Part shown: positions 27,080 through 41,200 of the stretch, piece by piece | How the letters are laid out: each line of letters starts with the position of its first letter | Numbering within the stretch: the first letter of the stretch is position 1 | From: Basidiobolus meristosporus CBS 931.73 | Lineage: Eukaryota > Fungi > Basidiobolomycota | DNA length: 64,000 nt | Direction: 5' to 3' | Assembly (NCBI GenBank): GCA_002104905.1 | Contig: MCFE01000251.1 | Location: 49,887-113,886 of the forward strand | The notes under the pieces: model-generated | What the model was told of the DNA's origin: nothing | Seen by the model: the letters and a program-made list of their open reading frames with translations, nothing else | The model's database searches: none | Program-made: the position numbers and the translations under genes

Positions 27080-29213
27080 TCACTTGAGCTTGCTTTTCAA
27101 CTCATCGATCTCGTCCATTCCAAGATTCTCTCGATATTTCAAGATGCTAGCAACAGCCTCGGCAACGGACGTATGGATCAGGTCGGGCGTGATATCCTTG
27201 GAGTCCAAATCAATCACCTCCTCAGTTGCCTTGCCATCCTTCGTCTCCACTGTTGTGAAGTTCTGCTTAGATCCAAGAACTCCACATACCTTGATTCGCT
27301 TGGCGACGTTGGGGTTCATGGCGGCGAAATGGATTTGGAAAGTTTCATCCTGAGATTCATCTACTACACCGGCATATTTACAAAGTTCGAATTTGATGTC
27401 TAAAAGTCCCTGGATTCCAGAGTAGTCCACCTGATTGACGGCGCTCATATCAAAAATGACTGCTTCGAGTACTGGCAGGCCAAGGATATTCTCGTTCGTG
27501 CTAGCCTTTTTACTCTTAGGTTTGCATTCGTTCCATCGAAGCTCTTCGTTGATGGACACCGCTGGCCGAGTACGACGGCCAACAATCTTCATTATCTTAC
27601 GACGAGCGAACTCCACATTGGGGAAGAGCAACGATTCCTGAAGACGAACCACCACCACACCTGGTGGGACTTCGTTGGTGTCGTAGCCGATCATCTCGTA
27701 TCCTTGAATGACGGTTGGGAACTTGAGTCGGGGCCGGGCAACGCGATACAGTAATACAACAATTGAGCAGCAAACGGCCACCTCGATTCCGGTTTGGATG
27801 GCAACGAAGACGGTGATCAGGAATCCAAGAACTGACACCGCGAACTCCATCCTGTCAATGATCCAGAAATGGTGGAATACCTTGGGGCTGCTCACTACGC
27901 TAACCATACTGAATATGATGATGGAGGAGAGTGTGGCGTTCGGGATGTAGTAGAACAACGGTGGCAAGAAGATCAGGGCGAAAACGACGATCAACCCGGT
28001 CAAGACCCCGGAGAGCGGGGTTTTGACGCCCGACTGATCGTTCACCGCACCGCGAGAAAACGACCCGCTGACCGGAAATCCGGAGAAGATAGAGCAGACA
28101 ATGTTGCAAACACCAAGACCGACCAGCTCCTGGTTGCTATCAACGGTGTACTTGTTTTTCCGACCCAGGGATCTGCAAACACCGGTATGCTCGATTAGCC
28201 CCAACAGACAACTGATCAAGGCAGAGGCGGCAAGGCGGCCCATCATGATAGTATCGATGTTGGGTAGCCGTGGGGGCGCAATGCCTTTGGGAACCTCGCG
28301 AATGATACTTATCTTGGTCCCTGGGGCGGTTTTCAGGATCAAGAAGCTGGTCAGGGTGAAGATGATGATCACGATGGCATTCTTCGCGATGCCCAGGAAC
28401 CCGACGGCGAAATGCCTGCGGCCATAGCGCTTCTTGATCTGCTCAAGGGATACAAGGACCAGGATGGAGCAGACTCCAATCACAACATCTACCCAGGTGG
28501 CGTGCTGGATGTTCTTGAAGACGTTGATTATGATTTTGATGGCTGATTCACGCGTGTTTATCCCCTTCAGCCCGATGAAGCCCGGAATCTATGGAACATT
28601 TCGTAAAAACAATCAGTAACCGCCGCGCTCACAGCCAATTGTGGCCCGCATACCTGTGTGGTCATGATGGCAATTCCGGCGCCTGAAGTAAAGCCCACAA
28701 TGACAGGAACAGAGATGAAGTCAAGAACAATGCCCAGCCTCAGAACACCCAGTCCCAGGAGGATAAGACCGGTCATAAAGGACAATGCAACAGCAACGTC
28801 AATGTTATTATACCCATACTCCTCTACCATTTGACTGCACACCTGGCCGGTCAACATGGAAAGCATAGTAATTGGACCAACATTCACATCTTTGGATGTT
28901 CCAAACAAGCAGTATACCATGGCGCAGAACGTAGCACTATAAAGACCATACTGCACAGGGATTCCGACCACCTGGGCATATGCCAACACCTAATATAGTG
29001 AAATCGTTTAGCATCATGCAACGAGCTCAGTACGGGATATCGCTCATTCACCTGAGGGACCACCATCACACCGACAGTGATACCAGCAAGAGCATCGCCG
29101 AAGAGCCATTTCTTGTTATAGTATGGAAGCCAGCTTGCTATAGGTATACTTTTCAGTAGGAAAGTCTTGGTTTTCTGAGAAACACCTGAAAAGACATTTC
29201 TTTCTGTAGCCAT
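27080..29213 (-). CDS. SulP/SLC26 sulfate-type anion transporter with STAS domain, 3 exons
   Basis: GDALAGITVGVMVVPQ, LAYAQVVGIPVQYGLYS, GTSKDVNVGP, VDSNQELVGLG, GSFSRGAVN and the STAS motif VIFDMSAVNQVDYSGIQGL. Confidence 0.95.
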
Positions 29214-32200
29214 ATTATCTATCTACGCTTGGTGGGAGTTAACTGTGGAGTTGAGATGTCGTGACCAAGCCCAGGAGTTTATATAGAGGCTCGATGCAAA
29301 TCAAATGCTGCGTGTGGATGAGTGATAAAAATAGACGGCAGGATTCCAAGGAGAATATAAAGCGGAATACCTCTCCAACAGCCTAATTCCCCGATAATTG
29401 TGAGGCCACTTGGAGGTACTGAGTGCAAGGAGTGTAAATCCACTGCATCAGATAGCAGGCCCTTTTATGTCATGGCTTGCTGCTGAGGATGACCCATTGC
29501 CAATAAATCCACTAGTTGATAAATTTAGAAGGTGACTCCAAGTTAACACTAAAGCAAATTCCAAATCTGACTACCGTCGCTAATGGGGGAATGGACTAGC
29601 CAATTAGCTTTTCCAACGCTGGTTGGACAGCGCTCCCAACTCTATTTAGATATACGGTGGGTTATACTGACGAAATTAGAAACCAGCAATACAAACTCTC
29701 AGGAAGGAATGAAGCGAGTTTCTTATTAATGAGATTCGGGAACAACGGGATGGCAGAGTGTGATGTCCCAGCGAGCGAAGCCTATCATAGGGTTTGCACT
29801 CGATGTACGTAAAGCATCATGCTGGGTTCAGATTTGGTTCATGATTGGGGGCGTCGTTCCCCACAATATGATGAAACGCAGCAAGGCATGCATTGCCAGG
29901 TGGAGGAATATCAGAAATCCCATTAAGGTATATTGATCGTTGCGGGGATGCAAATGACGAGGAGCGTAGTTTGTTTTCCAAATCCTGCTCCTCATTGTCG
30001 AATCATGAACGACCCTATACATACTGGTGCTGTGCGGTTCAGATGCAGCAACGCATGTGCGATTTTCTCTTCGAAAATGCTACATGAAGCTTGCCAAAAT
30101 CATCGGATTTGAGGAAACAGCTGTCTCTACGTAGACACAAATCACCCCAGATGAAGGCTCCTTCATATAAGCTCAACGCTGTAAGACATTCGATTAACCT
30201 CTAGGCATGCGCACACGGCTCTAAACAAAAGCAGCCATTCGAAACTAGTCTTGTTTTGGCCTGTGTTTGGGCATTAAAGTTTTTTGCCACAACCATATAC
30301 GAAATAGACACTAGTGTCTGAAAACTCCATGATTCTACAAAACCCATTGTATCATGTCGTCACTTCTTGTACCTCTTGGCAACATCTCCACTAATCGCCG
30401 CATATAGAAATTCGCAATATATCTCCGTCCATTCATCCGGACAATAGTGGCAAGAGAACACCGAATGGGCCTTTTCTTCCCATAATATCCGCGAAAACCC
30501 CACCTCAGGGAGAATATGAACCAGCTCACATCGGCATCAGCTGAGCCACGCTGCCATTGGTGAGCTTGTGCCAGATGTGATTACATGCTGTCATAGCTAG
30601 CAATTAGAAAAACGGGCGCGACGACATCCTTATTAAACATGCAGCAATGTTGCAATATCACTGTTGGTTTAGGATATGGCAGGTTCCAGTCCATGGATAT
30701 TCGTTCGAGAAGTTCCAGAGCTAGATCCGGGAGAACCATCTGGATCCGGGTGGATGATGCTGCCTGGTAGATTGGTAAGTATGTGGTATACCTCAACTTC
30801 CTTCCTTTTCCTCTACGAACGGGCCAGAGTCTACGACACACGCCAACAGTGTTGGAAACTACCCAATCTTCCCAGTATGTGGCTACAGCGCAAGTTGGAA
30901 ATGCAACCCCCGACACCGTGCAGAAAGCCGTAAGAGATAACTCCCGTGGCCCAACTCTCTTTAACCAGAATAGAAGGAGAGCCAGAGGACTGGGTTAACA
31001 TCGTGCTGAATTTAATCAGTTTAGAAGGTGTCAGGGTGAATGAAATCGGGATTTCACCCACACGTTACCACTTTTCTAGTTATGGTAATTTTGGCATGAA
31101 TCCAATGATTGGATGGTGAACAATCTGAACCATCTCATCAGGGCATTTTTTGTGCACATTGCCTTAATGGGTAAATGATCCTTGATAGGCTTCATAGCGC
31201 CGCAACTGGTGCATTGAGAGTCGACGGCGAAGTTATTCATATGGAAGTGGTGGTTCAGTGCAGCACTCATGGAGTACGGAGTCACCAAACCCCTTAAATG
31301 GACCAATAATGTCGATGTATGACGCTTCAATCATCTTTCCAGAGGTGTGTTGGTTCCAGTCCGAGAGGTAAGGTCAGGGTAGGTACGCCCTGTAGGCTGC
31401 AAATATGGTGATGGGGAGCTGGATTCTCCGGATATAGTGACTTGGGGTAGGGGGACCCGCCACAGCCCACATCAGGCTATCCCACCGTCTTCAGGCCGTT
31501 GCTTGCCTTTTCAATGAGATCTGTCTAGCAACCCTACCTGATGATCTGTTTGTGCTAGGATAGCAACCGATCAGATCATTCGGTTGAATAAACCTCCGGT
31601 CAGGGAAATTACTCTAGGAAATACAAGTTTCTAACGTTAGATTCATCGGTTCCAACTCGCATGGGGTAGCAAAGTTGATGTTACTTTGAAGGCTGCTATA
31701 TCTGGGACAACCTTTTCGTTCTAAATCGGGAAAGTGCAGCTTAGGACAAATTGAATCTTTTCTGCAGTTATGGTGAGCATCCGCCTGAATGCGGTTTTTC
31801 TCAATACGTGTGCATGTGGGTATGGCAGGCTGGCGTTTTCAGATCACAAAGTTGTCTGGTTTGCTGGATACACAGCAGTATTTCTAGGTCGAGGTCGTGT
31901 GCATTCAGCCAAAATTGGTGCTTCATGTCACTAATATTGGGTGCAACATAATGTTCATACATATCATAACATCGTAATACAGCTTCATAATGTTCTTGCG
32001 TATTTCTTGGCAGGATTGTTAGATATTGAACGATGCAAGTGTTTTTACATCTCAGTTGTGCTAATCAGATATCTAATATCGAAAAGCTCTCCCAAACAGC
32101 TCTCAATGTCTGAAATGTCTAAATAAAGTTTGTGTGTTACTCTCATGCTACTAGGTTTGTTCGCAGTGCTTTACTTTTCAGTGATACACATTACATAAAA

Positions 32201-35200
32201 TGTAAGCAACTTCTGATTGCTCTGGATTATACATCAAGTCAGTATCTGCAAATATATACAATTATAGTGTTGATCCTGACTTTTTGACATGCTCGTACTT
32301 TTCTTAGTTTATTGAATGCTAGTATTCTATCGTTATCGCTGAAATACTTACTATGCATTTTAGGAATATGTGGATATTACTGCTGACGACCCAATATAAT
32401 GGATGACTTCGACAATTTGATAATTGTAAAACTGATGGTATTTATCATAATCTATGCAGGCATACTCACCCATCTTAGAGGTATTCGATTACTTGTTGGG
32501 CTTCCCATCAATTTCTACAACATATTTCCGTATTTAGCCTGACAAGGTTCTACCAGGAAGTTAATTAGTAACAGCGATTGTTGATGTTCAACTCCCATAG
32601 TCCAAATGTGCATTACAGAATACCAACCCAGAGAATACTTGAAATTTGTGGTCTTATGGCGGCAACATCAGTCTTTCTTCTTTTACCTCAACCACACTCT
32701 CTGTCCAATGAATGGTCGAACTACTTACGCCACACTTTCGTCTGTATCACGCAGTGCAAGGATTGTAATAGCAAATTTCAACAGCAGTCATTCTATATGG
32801 TAAGCTTTCCGTTATTTGTTCCCTAGAAGCCTAAGCTATAGCAGCATTTTCAAACTTTGAGGTTATATGCCTCTAGTACTCCTACTTCTTTAATTTACTG
32901 CTTGATATTATATTGCTAGTTTCTAATCACATTGTATATGATATCCTACTATTCCAACATTCACAATTTAAATATTTACATTAGCTTGACCACTTAAGTT
33001 CTAGCTTGTGAGCTCTATCACTCCCAGCCGATAGACAATCGCATGATTTACTTTGATTGTTTCATCAGAGGTCTTCTGCAGACCCTGTTATAGCTGGTTG
33101 TAAGAGCTTTGCCATATAAGATTTATCCTCTTTACAACCACTGTCATTATTGCTTTTTAAAGCTGTATAAAGTATTACATTAGATCCCAATATGCTAAAC
33201 TGATATATTTTCTGTGACAGTACTTGGGAAAATATTGAAAGTGATTTAGTGCCCTAGAGTACTTCCATGATATTTCATATGCTCCAAAGTGCCATTGATC
33301 AGAGTGCCAAATAGTGCTTTATATTATTTGCTTTATCAAGTTAAGGTTGAATGTAGGGGAACTCTATTCTGATCCAGCACTTTTTGGTGTTCAATGGCAC
33401 TGCCACACTATGCCCAGCCAGAATCGTGAAACATAATTAATTTGCTTGGCTGCTGCATTAGCCAGAAGCATTAATAAATTGTAATGAGCTTCAATGAGAT
33501 ATCTTATTTATGCCAAGATATTGACATTAATTTGGATGCTTGGGTCATATCGTATAAGCCTCCTCTATCCTGCCTAAGCACTTGGTGGAAGTACTTGGAA
33601 TATTCTTGCCACAATGCCTGGTGCTCAGAACATCAAAACTTGCAAAGTTGTTTCAAAGCCTCCATCCAAGCTTTGCGCCTACACTCTTACCATACTCTAC
33701 ATGTCTGTATATGCGTAAGTATTCCTTTTACACTCAAATATCTTTAGATGGAGCTCACACAACTGACTAGCTCTCTTGATCACTTCCAATAGGTCAGAAA
33801 TTCTCATATAAATTAATACAATCGGAACAGTCCCAAGAAAAGTTGCACTCTATTTTCATCTAATTAGCTGGGCCTGAGAATTTTCATAGCTTTTAGAACC
33901 CCACTCATTCATCAGGCTAGCCAACACATTGATGACTCAATTGAAAGTCACTCCTACATCCTGCTTACAAAATATGCAGTATCCAAGGAGATCATAGCAT
34001 TTATGGATAATTCCTGTACCAAGCTAAAAATCTCTACAGTATTTAGGATTACTTATTAGGGAAGATGTTGGCAGCCTTGGCTTTTTTAATATTTCCTAGT
34101 GTTGTACTCTATTACTCCAGCTTCACCCCACTAGTTGCATGATTATATGATGGCTTGAGGTTGAATCAGGAGTTTATTAGCTAATTCTAGAGTTGATAGA
34201 CACCCCTATATATTCAAGCTGACCCAAATATATATATATCAGAAGAAAGTGATAGTAGCACTATAAAGCATCTAAGCCACTTGACTATTGACTCTACGTA
34301 ACTTGAGAATTTGGAATACTATTGACACGCTGTTTATTCCTGGATATCATTAATTCCATACCCATTTCCGACTAATTGACTCATTTCAACATTCTAATAC
34401 TAGAGCAATTGTAGGTTACCCTCTCCATTGGGTACGCACGTGATACAATGGGTTGTGGATTAAAAGGACCTTATATGTCCAGCAATTTCAACAAGGCAAA
34501 CCAAAGGCTAAATACATATTTACCAAAGGCAAAAACACACCTTGAGGGCAGGGATATACGAGCTCCAACATTAAGACTACATTTGCTTCCAAGATTTGTT
34601 CTGTTGGCTCTTACTTAAGGTATGTGTTGCCAATGAAGTTTTGCTCGATATTACTTATAACTCTCACCATTGGGAGTCGGCATTTGGGTAGATCGTTGAT
34701 ATTTGGTTTTCCCACAACCTTTGCTATCCATCACCTCTGACAAAGCACTTATCTGGGCACTTTGCTACCGGTGATACCCTTGAGATAGCAGCACAAGATA
34801 CGACCTAATACACAGAGTTTATCGTCCATAAGATGCTTAGTAATGCTCTTGGAAGTGGGTGAGAGGTGTGGAGTATCTTTAGAGGCTTCATCGGCATTCT
34901 CAGATTCCCAATGAACATTAAAAGTAGATCGTACAAGTTAATCAAGTAAAAGCAATGCCATCGAAATGATAAGGCACACTGATTGGTGGATGGTGGTCCT
35001 GGCTGCAATGTGCCGATTTGGCGCCTGAATTCTTCATCTATAGCACACTCAAATAGAATCCTGAATGTTCCCTTGGGCTTTAGTTTGTGATGTAGCCGCT
35101 AATTCCATGAGTTATTAGGAGACCTGGCAATTACCCAACATCTCAAACCTGACCAGAAGGAGTCCCAAAATATTTCACCCAGCTTCCTGGGCCCTTGCTC

Positions 35201-37972
35201 AAAACATCTGGAACAATTGCTTTCACGAAGTTCACTCAGCAGTATATATACATTGCATCAACTCTGTAGATAAACAAGCGAAAGCCACGCTTTCACCTCA
35301 CAATTGCGAATCCCATCCAAGCTTGGAAAACCCTCTGGATGTGGTCACTCCACACTGCTTTCACGCTTTCTCTTCTACATGCTTCTGAGCTGACCAATTT
35401 TTCAGAGCTTTGCAATATGCTACAGTTTCGATCCCGTCATGCTGGGAAAGGAATAGAGGGTAGCCCCGAAGGGAGTTCAATCGAATCAACAGGTGAGATG
35501 CAGCAATCATGGCGTTTGTACATAATATATGGGACATTCATTAGTTCAGTCTTCCGATCATACTAACAAAGTTTCGGACACCCGTATCCGATGTCTGGAT
35601 ATAGTGTGTGGGAAGTAAGGGAGAGTTATGAGCATCGGGAGGGGGGTGATTGGAATTGTCAAATGTGGGATATTCACTTGATGATCTATCGACTCAGGGA
35701 TCATTTTGGTTAGGGGTACGTAGAAATAGCAATGGTGTTGTGTTGCATGAAGTCTGTATAATCAAACACTCTATCGTGTCTATACGGACCATTTCAACTG
35801 GAATTTAAATGGAGTTCTTGTGATTTCGCTAATAACACATATGTGTCACCGCGAAATGTGCCACCAATGTGGCTAACACGGAATAGAAGTCCAATCATGC
35901 GGTCACAGCTAGTTTTTAGATATCGAATGAGCCATTCCTGGTGATATACGGCTCATGATTTTGAAGGAATCGCCAGGTTGTTTCAACTTCCTGTGCTCAG
36001 AAAAATTCTCTACGGGGAGTTGGTGAATGTAATATCATAGTGACCGTTTGAGAAAATTTCCAATGGACGAGCAAAGGATTTGTCCTCGGGACTTGATGGT
36101 AGAGGCATTCTAGCACATTGGAGAGGTCATATTCTAGTTGGCAGCAAAGCAAAGGTTTTATGCACGTATCGAACACATATCAAATGAATTCCTGCGAGCC
36201 ATACATCCATTTCGTGCCTTGTATTCAAGGTGACAGACCTTCAAATGCCGGTCGAAAGGCCCGATGTACTTCCATCTCCATGGATAGGTGCAGCACAGCC
36301 TCTTCAATAGCCTAGTCCCACAGAATCCACCTTGCAAGGGATATCAGCAAAACCATCAAGTAACCCGTCGATACAAATAAATTTTGCACCTTCTGAAGGT
36401 TTGCAACATATGGTACAGGTATGCCCTACATTCAGGATACACAGGGAGCCAAGGTTGAAATCACAACCGAGACAAGCAGAGAAACCACAGTATCCGTAGC
36501 AGGATTCGGTTTGTGATACTGGATCAATGGTTGCATATAAGCCTACGAGTGGCAAATCAGGGCTACTGATACATTGCATAGCCGATGCCAAGAGGGCGAC
36601 TGGCAGGAATTTGCGGTAGGAATCCCTCTAGGACCACCAAAATCCTGTATGCGCCATATCCATAAAATAAGACACAACTAAGATCAGGAGGTGTATCAAA
36701 TGTCTTTCAGATATTCATATACAGGGCTTGAGGAGTATTAGAATGGCGATGTTGTTTTAAGGCATGATTATTCTAGGATCTCTAGAACTCGCCCAAGTTT
36801 TGGCTTTAAGTATCAGAAAGAATCTTACTATAAATTGTATAAATTAAATTAACTTGTGCCCAACGCTCAGAATCCAGCATCAGCCTGCTAGTAGAAGACC
36901 GAGATTTCCAGCATGAACCCCTACCCTTCCCAGATGCCATAGAGTCGCGAATGATACGGGTTAAAGTTCGTACTGATTTTCAGCACTCAATGAGGATGTA
37001 CCAGTGTCAATTTGCCTCGATATACGCAGATATCCATAGGCAGTCTGAGCGCCCTATATGGTATCTGGGGCTAAACTGACTATTGTAGCGGATACCTATA
37101 CATACAAGTCTAATACCATCCGTGCCAAAATGACGTTGCATAGAAGTCAGCAATGTATTTCGTCTCCATAAACTGCAATTTGACATTTGCAATAGGGCGA
37201 CTAAGTGGTGTATATTTAGCAACTCATAGATCATTATCAGGCTCTCCAGACACCGTCAACCCTGAAATTACCTGAGGGCATCCTCCATATATGCTGGACA
37301 TAGTAGTATTGCTTCCAAGTCAAAAATCATCATGTGAAACCCGAATCTGCTTCCGGAATATCATCCCCTCTTCAAATTAACAGCAACACATCTTCCCAAG
37401 CTCAGCACAAGTTAAGACTACGCAAATCCATCGCACCGTGGTGGCGTTACAACCCACGAGAGTCCAGGTTCAATGATTACAGGTGCACCAGCTGGTAACA
37501 TATGTCAAAGTCCACATTTCCCGAGCGGGATGAATGATAATAATTCAGAGTGGGCTGACTTTTACTAAACACTGGGGATGGCGCTTTACTCCTGCATATG
37601 CCATATAGTCGCTAAGAGAGATGTAGAGTCAAGTACGTTAACCACCTCATCATAACTACATTGGTCTCCGTACTCCATATGCTCGATTGCCACCATGCTC
37701 ATGAGTGCTGGACGTCCTCCAAAATGAAGTCCATAACAAGAATGGATTGTTCGCAATATGTCATTCATCAGGTGATTTAAATATCGTTTATTCTTCGTAA
37801 TATGACATTCAGCATCTGCTTGAAATATGTGAAATAAATTATGCACTTGTCATAGCGGATTCCATAATCTGCATTTCGCTACATATCAAGCCATCCTTCC
37901 GCCCTCGTATTCTTTCTACGTGCCTTGCATCCAAGTTGCGAGCACTCTGGGCATTGTATGTTGGAGGCGATT

Positions 37973-38257
37973 CTACGCCAGTGGAATGGTCGGTGGTGCA
38001 GAGAGGCCATCGATTAACGAAGCATTGGGTGTTGAAGAAGACTTCACTGCTTCTGGGACCTCTTTTGCTTGATTAATGGGTTCCGAATCCACCCCCAGAC
38101 CCAGGAAATTCTTGATACCATTGAATAACCCAAGAGAGCCAAAGTTTGGATTGATTTTAGGAGAAATCAACAGACTCGGGCTCAACTCCAACAGCGGCGC
38201 ACCAGAGACAACATTCAAAAGAACAATGAATGTGCTGATCAGGGATAAGAAGTTCAT
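37973..38257 (-). CDS. small putative secreted protein (94 aa)
   Basis: ATG followed by a typical signal peptide (MNFLSLISTFIVLLNVVSG-AP). No homology recognised. Confidence 0.55.
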   Translation of the reverse strand: MNFLSLISTFIVLLNVVSGAPLLELSPSLLISPKINPNFGSLGLFNGIKNFLGLGVDSEPINQAKEVPEAVKSSSTPNASLIDGLSAPPTIPLA

Positions 38258-41200
38258 GCTGATATCTAGCGTCCCGTTCGGAGCAGTGCGGATGGATGGG
38301 AGAAGATGGAGCGAATGCAGATGGATGGGATTGTGTTGTCTTCCAACCCGAATATTTATCTAGGAGATAACACCTGGGAAGCCAGGAGTTTCACCATGTT
38401 TGCTGCTGTTTCGAACATTACCTTTACCAGGAGACAAAACTGTTACATTTAGCAGGCTCGGCGAGTTCTCACGATTACATTACTGATTGGTATTGCAGTG
38501 TTTGTAGAAATACCTCAAAAGACACCCGTTGAAACGCCTCAAGTTGCCACATCCCAGGAGTGAAGCATATGGAGGTGGGGTCCGGCACGAGCACCGTGGT
38601 CGGCTAATGACCTGAGTGAACCAGATGATAAGATTGCACGTTTGAGTATCTACCATATAATGCCCAAGGCTGACCCATATAGGCATTGGAAATGGTCATA
38701 AACCCACCTTGCACACTTCGATACAAATACAGATCGAAGTGTTTCATCTATCAGAAATCCATGCCCAAGTCTACTCAATCTCACCATCCAATCAACCCTC
38801 ATCCCATCAACTGATCTGTGGAGGATTAGATGCCACGTGCGATCTGGATACCATCCTGCTGGTTTGAAACGCAATCCAAGCTGCACTTACTCTTGGATAA
38901 TTTCCGATGACTACCAAGGCGGCCATATCCAGTAGCATCCAATGGACAAGTCCAAACTGGAATCGGTCCTGCCAGTGATATCATCATACACATTTGGCCA
39001 TAATGGCGGGAATTTCGAGGGAAAAAATACCGCATCTTCATTGCCCCATTGTTTGTGCCATGATTTACATCCAATATGTCTACGATATGCATCCCTCCAA
39101 CAGAACACCAGAATGATCGGTCATTCAATCACTAACCCCATCTCATATGAAACCATTCGTTTGGCGCCGACTCATTGATGGGCCCTTACATGGATTCTGT
39201 GCATTCCAAGTTGAAAGCACAGATGCGGCGATTGCTCGAGATTTGAAGTCAAGCCATCAGCAAAGTATCTGCAGACTGGGTCGAAATTCTCCGACTGACG
39301 ATGATCATCTGGTAGATTAGACCAACCACACAACTTGATTGAGTACTGAAGCATGATTCAGTGCTAAATACTCCGTGACTAATACTATGGCATGATCATT
39401 ACCTGATACAGGTGGGGAGAAGCCAGTGGATACCAGAGCCATGTCGTGATTGCACTGTTACCAATCGAGATTATGGAGTAGAGCACTGATTTGCAGAGTA
39501 CTCCATATACGCATACTGGAAATTTGAGAGATAAGCCGAGTGTACAGACCATCTTGGTGAGGTGTTCCTGTCAGATGAGCCTCGAGACAAGAGGCCCCGG
39601 AACGGCTGGGCACCAAAGGGATGGTAGGAGTGAGGGGTTTACTTTGGGAGAGTGAGGAGCTATTAAGACCGAGATGGTCTTATTGCTGACAAGACAGCAT
39701 TCCGTTTTGGTTGGCGCAGTGTGGCGTATAGGTTGCCCCTGGAGATGCTGGATATGTGGGCGAGGATTCATGATCCGAAAGATGGATATCCAATCTCGAT
39801 GGTCTGAGCCAGTCGGCATCAATGGTATCTCCTATGGTATCATTAAGGTGAGTACAGCTAACCCATGATGGGGAGAGAAAGCCTCAAGTGCATCAAAGTG
39901 ACCAGGAATGTGAAATTGTTGGGGAGATTTACATATCTGTCTTGTGTCAGACCTCTACATCGAAACAGAGTATGGATTGATTGGCTTGCCACCACTCTTC
40001 AAGCCAAGTTGGCATGACTTTCATCTGAGAACATTCTAGGTAATTTTTGATGGCTCGAATAAGACCGCCCATGACACCCTTCAATCTCAATTGATTCCAT
40101 TAAGCGTATATCGCACCACAGTTTTTAATTAATTCTCCGTTTGTATCGGTGCTTGGTGTGAGCATATTGATTTTCAGAGAGTGGTACACGCACTATAAAC
40201 ACACCATTTCACAACTGATTTCCAATCCTCTTCATTCCAATGCCATATATGGAATCTCAGCATTTAGCTAGCTTTGTGCTTCATTAGGTGTCGGGGTACT
40301 TGTCAATCTAGTGATCTGTGGTGTGAGATATTACCACCCACCAACCATGTTAGCGCGGTGATGTTTTGGAAGATTAATATCCTCAACACCAGGTCAATAT
40401 CCCTCAAAAGCGGCATTCTGTTCGACTGGTGAGCCCCCTAGACACCATTCCGAAGTCCGTTGCCACGCGTGGAAATCATCCTGTGCAAATGCAAGACTAG
40501 AGGTGGGGGCCGTAGCTCTAGATGAAGTTCCAAGATTGTTTTACTATGCAAGTAACTAGATCGTGTTTAACCGCCGTATATCACCATAAATAAATGCCCA
40601 CCAGATTGCATCAAAGAGATCAGCTGCATTGGCAACACTGCTCACCCTCTCATTGGCTTGGAATCATGATCGCTCTCCGTGAAAAGATATATCGATAACC
40701 CCTCTTTACTCCGATCTGTGAGCATCGACATAGTAGGATTTGAGCGAGATCCATCAAGCCAGAATTTGGTAGTATTGGAGCTCAGGTGTGAAAAGGACAA
40801 AGTAAATGAGATCCTCGCTGTCATGGCCGAAAGAACCTAATTGTCAGAGCACCAATGGGTGCATATCTGGTAACGTTTTCACGGCCCTTGGATCAAACGG
40901 GTGGCAGAGATGAGGGGTACACAAACAGTACTTGATGATTCCTGCGCCGAATGATCAGTGATATTACCAGCTGTTTACAGAATCAGTAGCAGGGAAGAGG
41001 TGGCCATAACCCTCCTCCCACTACCTCATCTCAACCTGAATTATCATTATAACGCGTGCAATTCCTTATTCTCTGGAAAGGGTTTGATATTGGTGATAAG
41101 ATAGTCTATCTCTAAGGATTTCCTATCTCAGGATCCTTGGATGGAGCATAAGCTTGCTGATGCACCATTGTAATACTCGGTTTTGGCCGACTATTTTGAT

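Noticed and set aside
31538-31590. CTGATGA followed by interleaved hairpins, a possible hammerhead ribozyme
   Set aside because: The stem II candidate (TCTG...CAGA) is not followed by GAAA, and stems I and III cannot be built.
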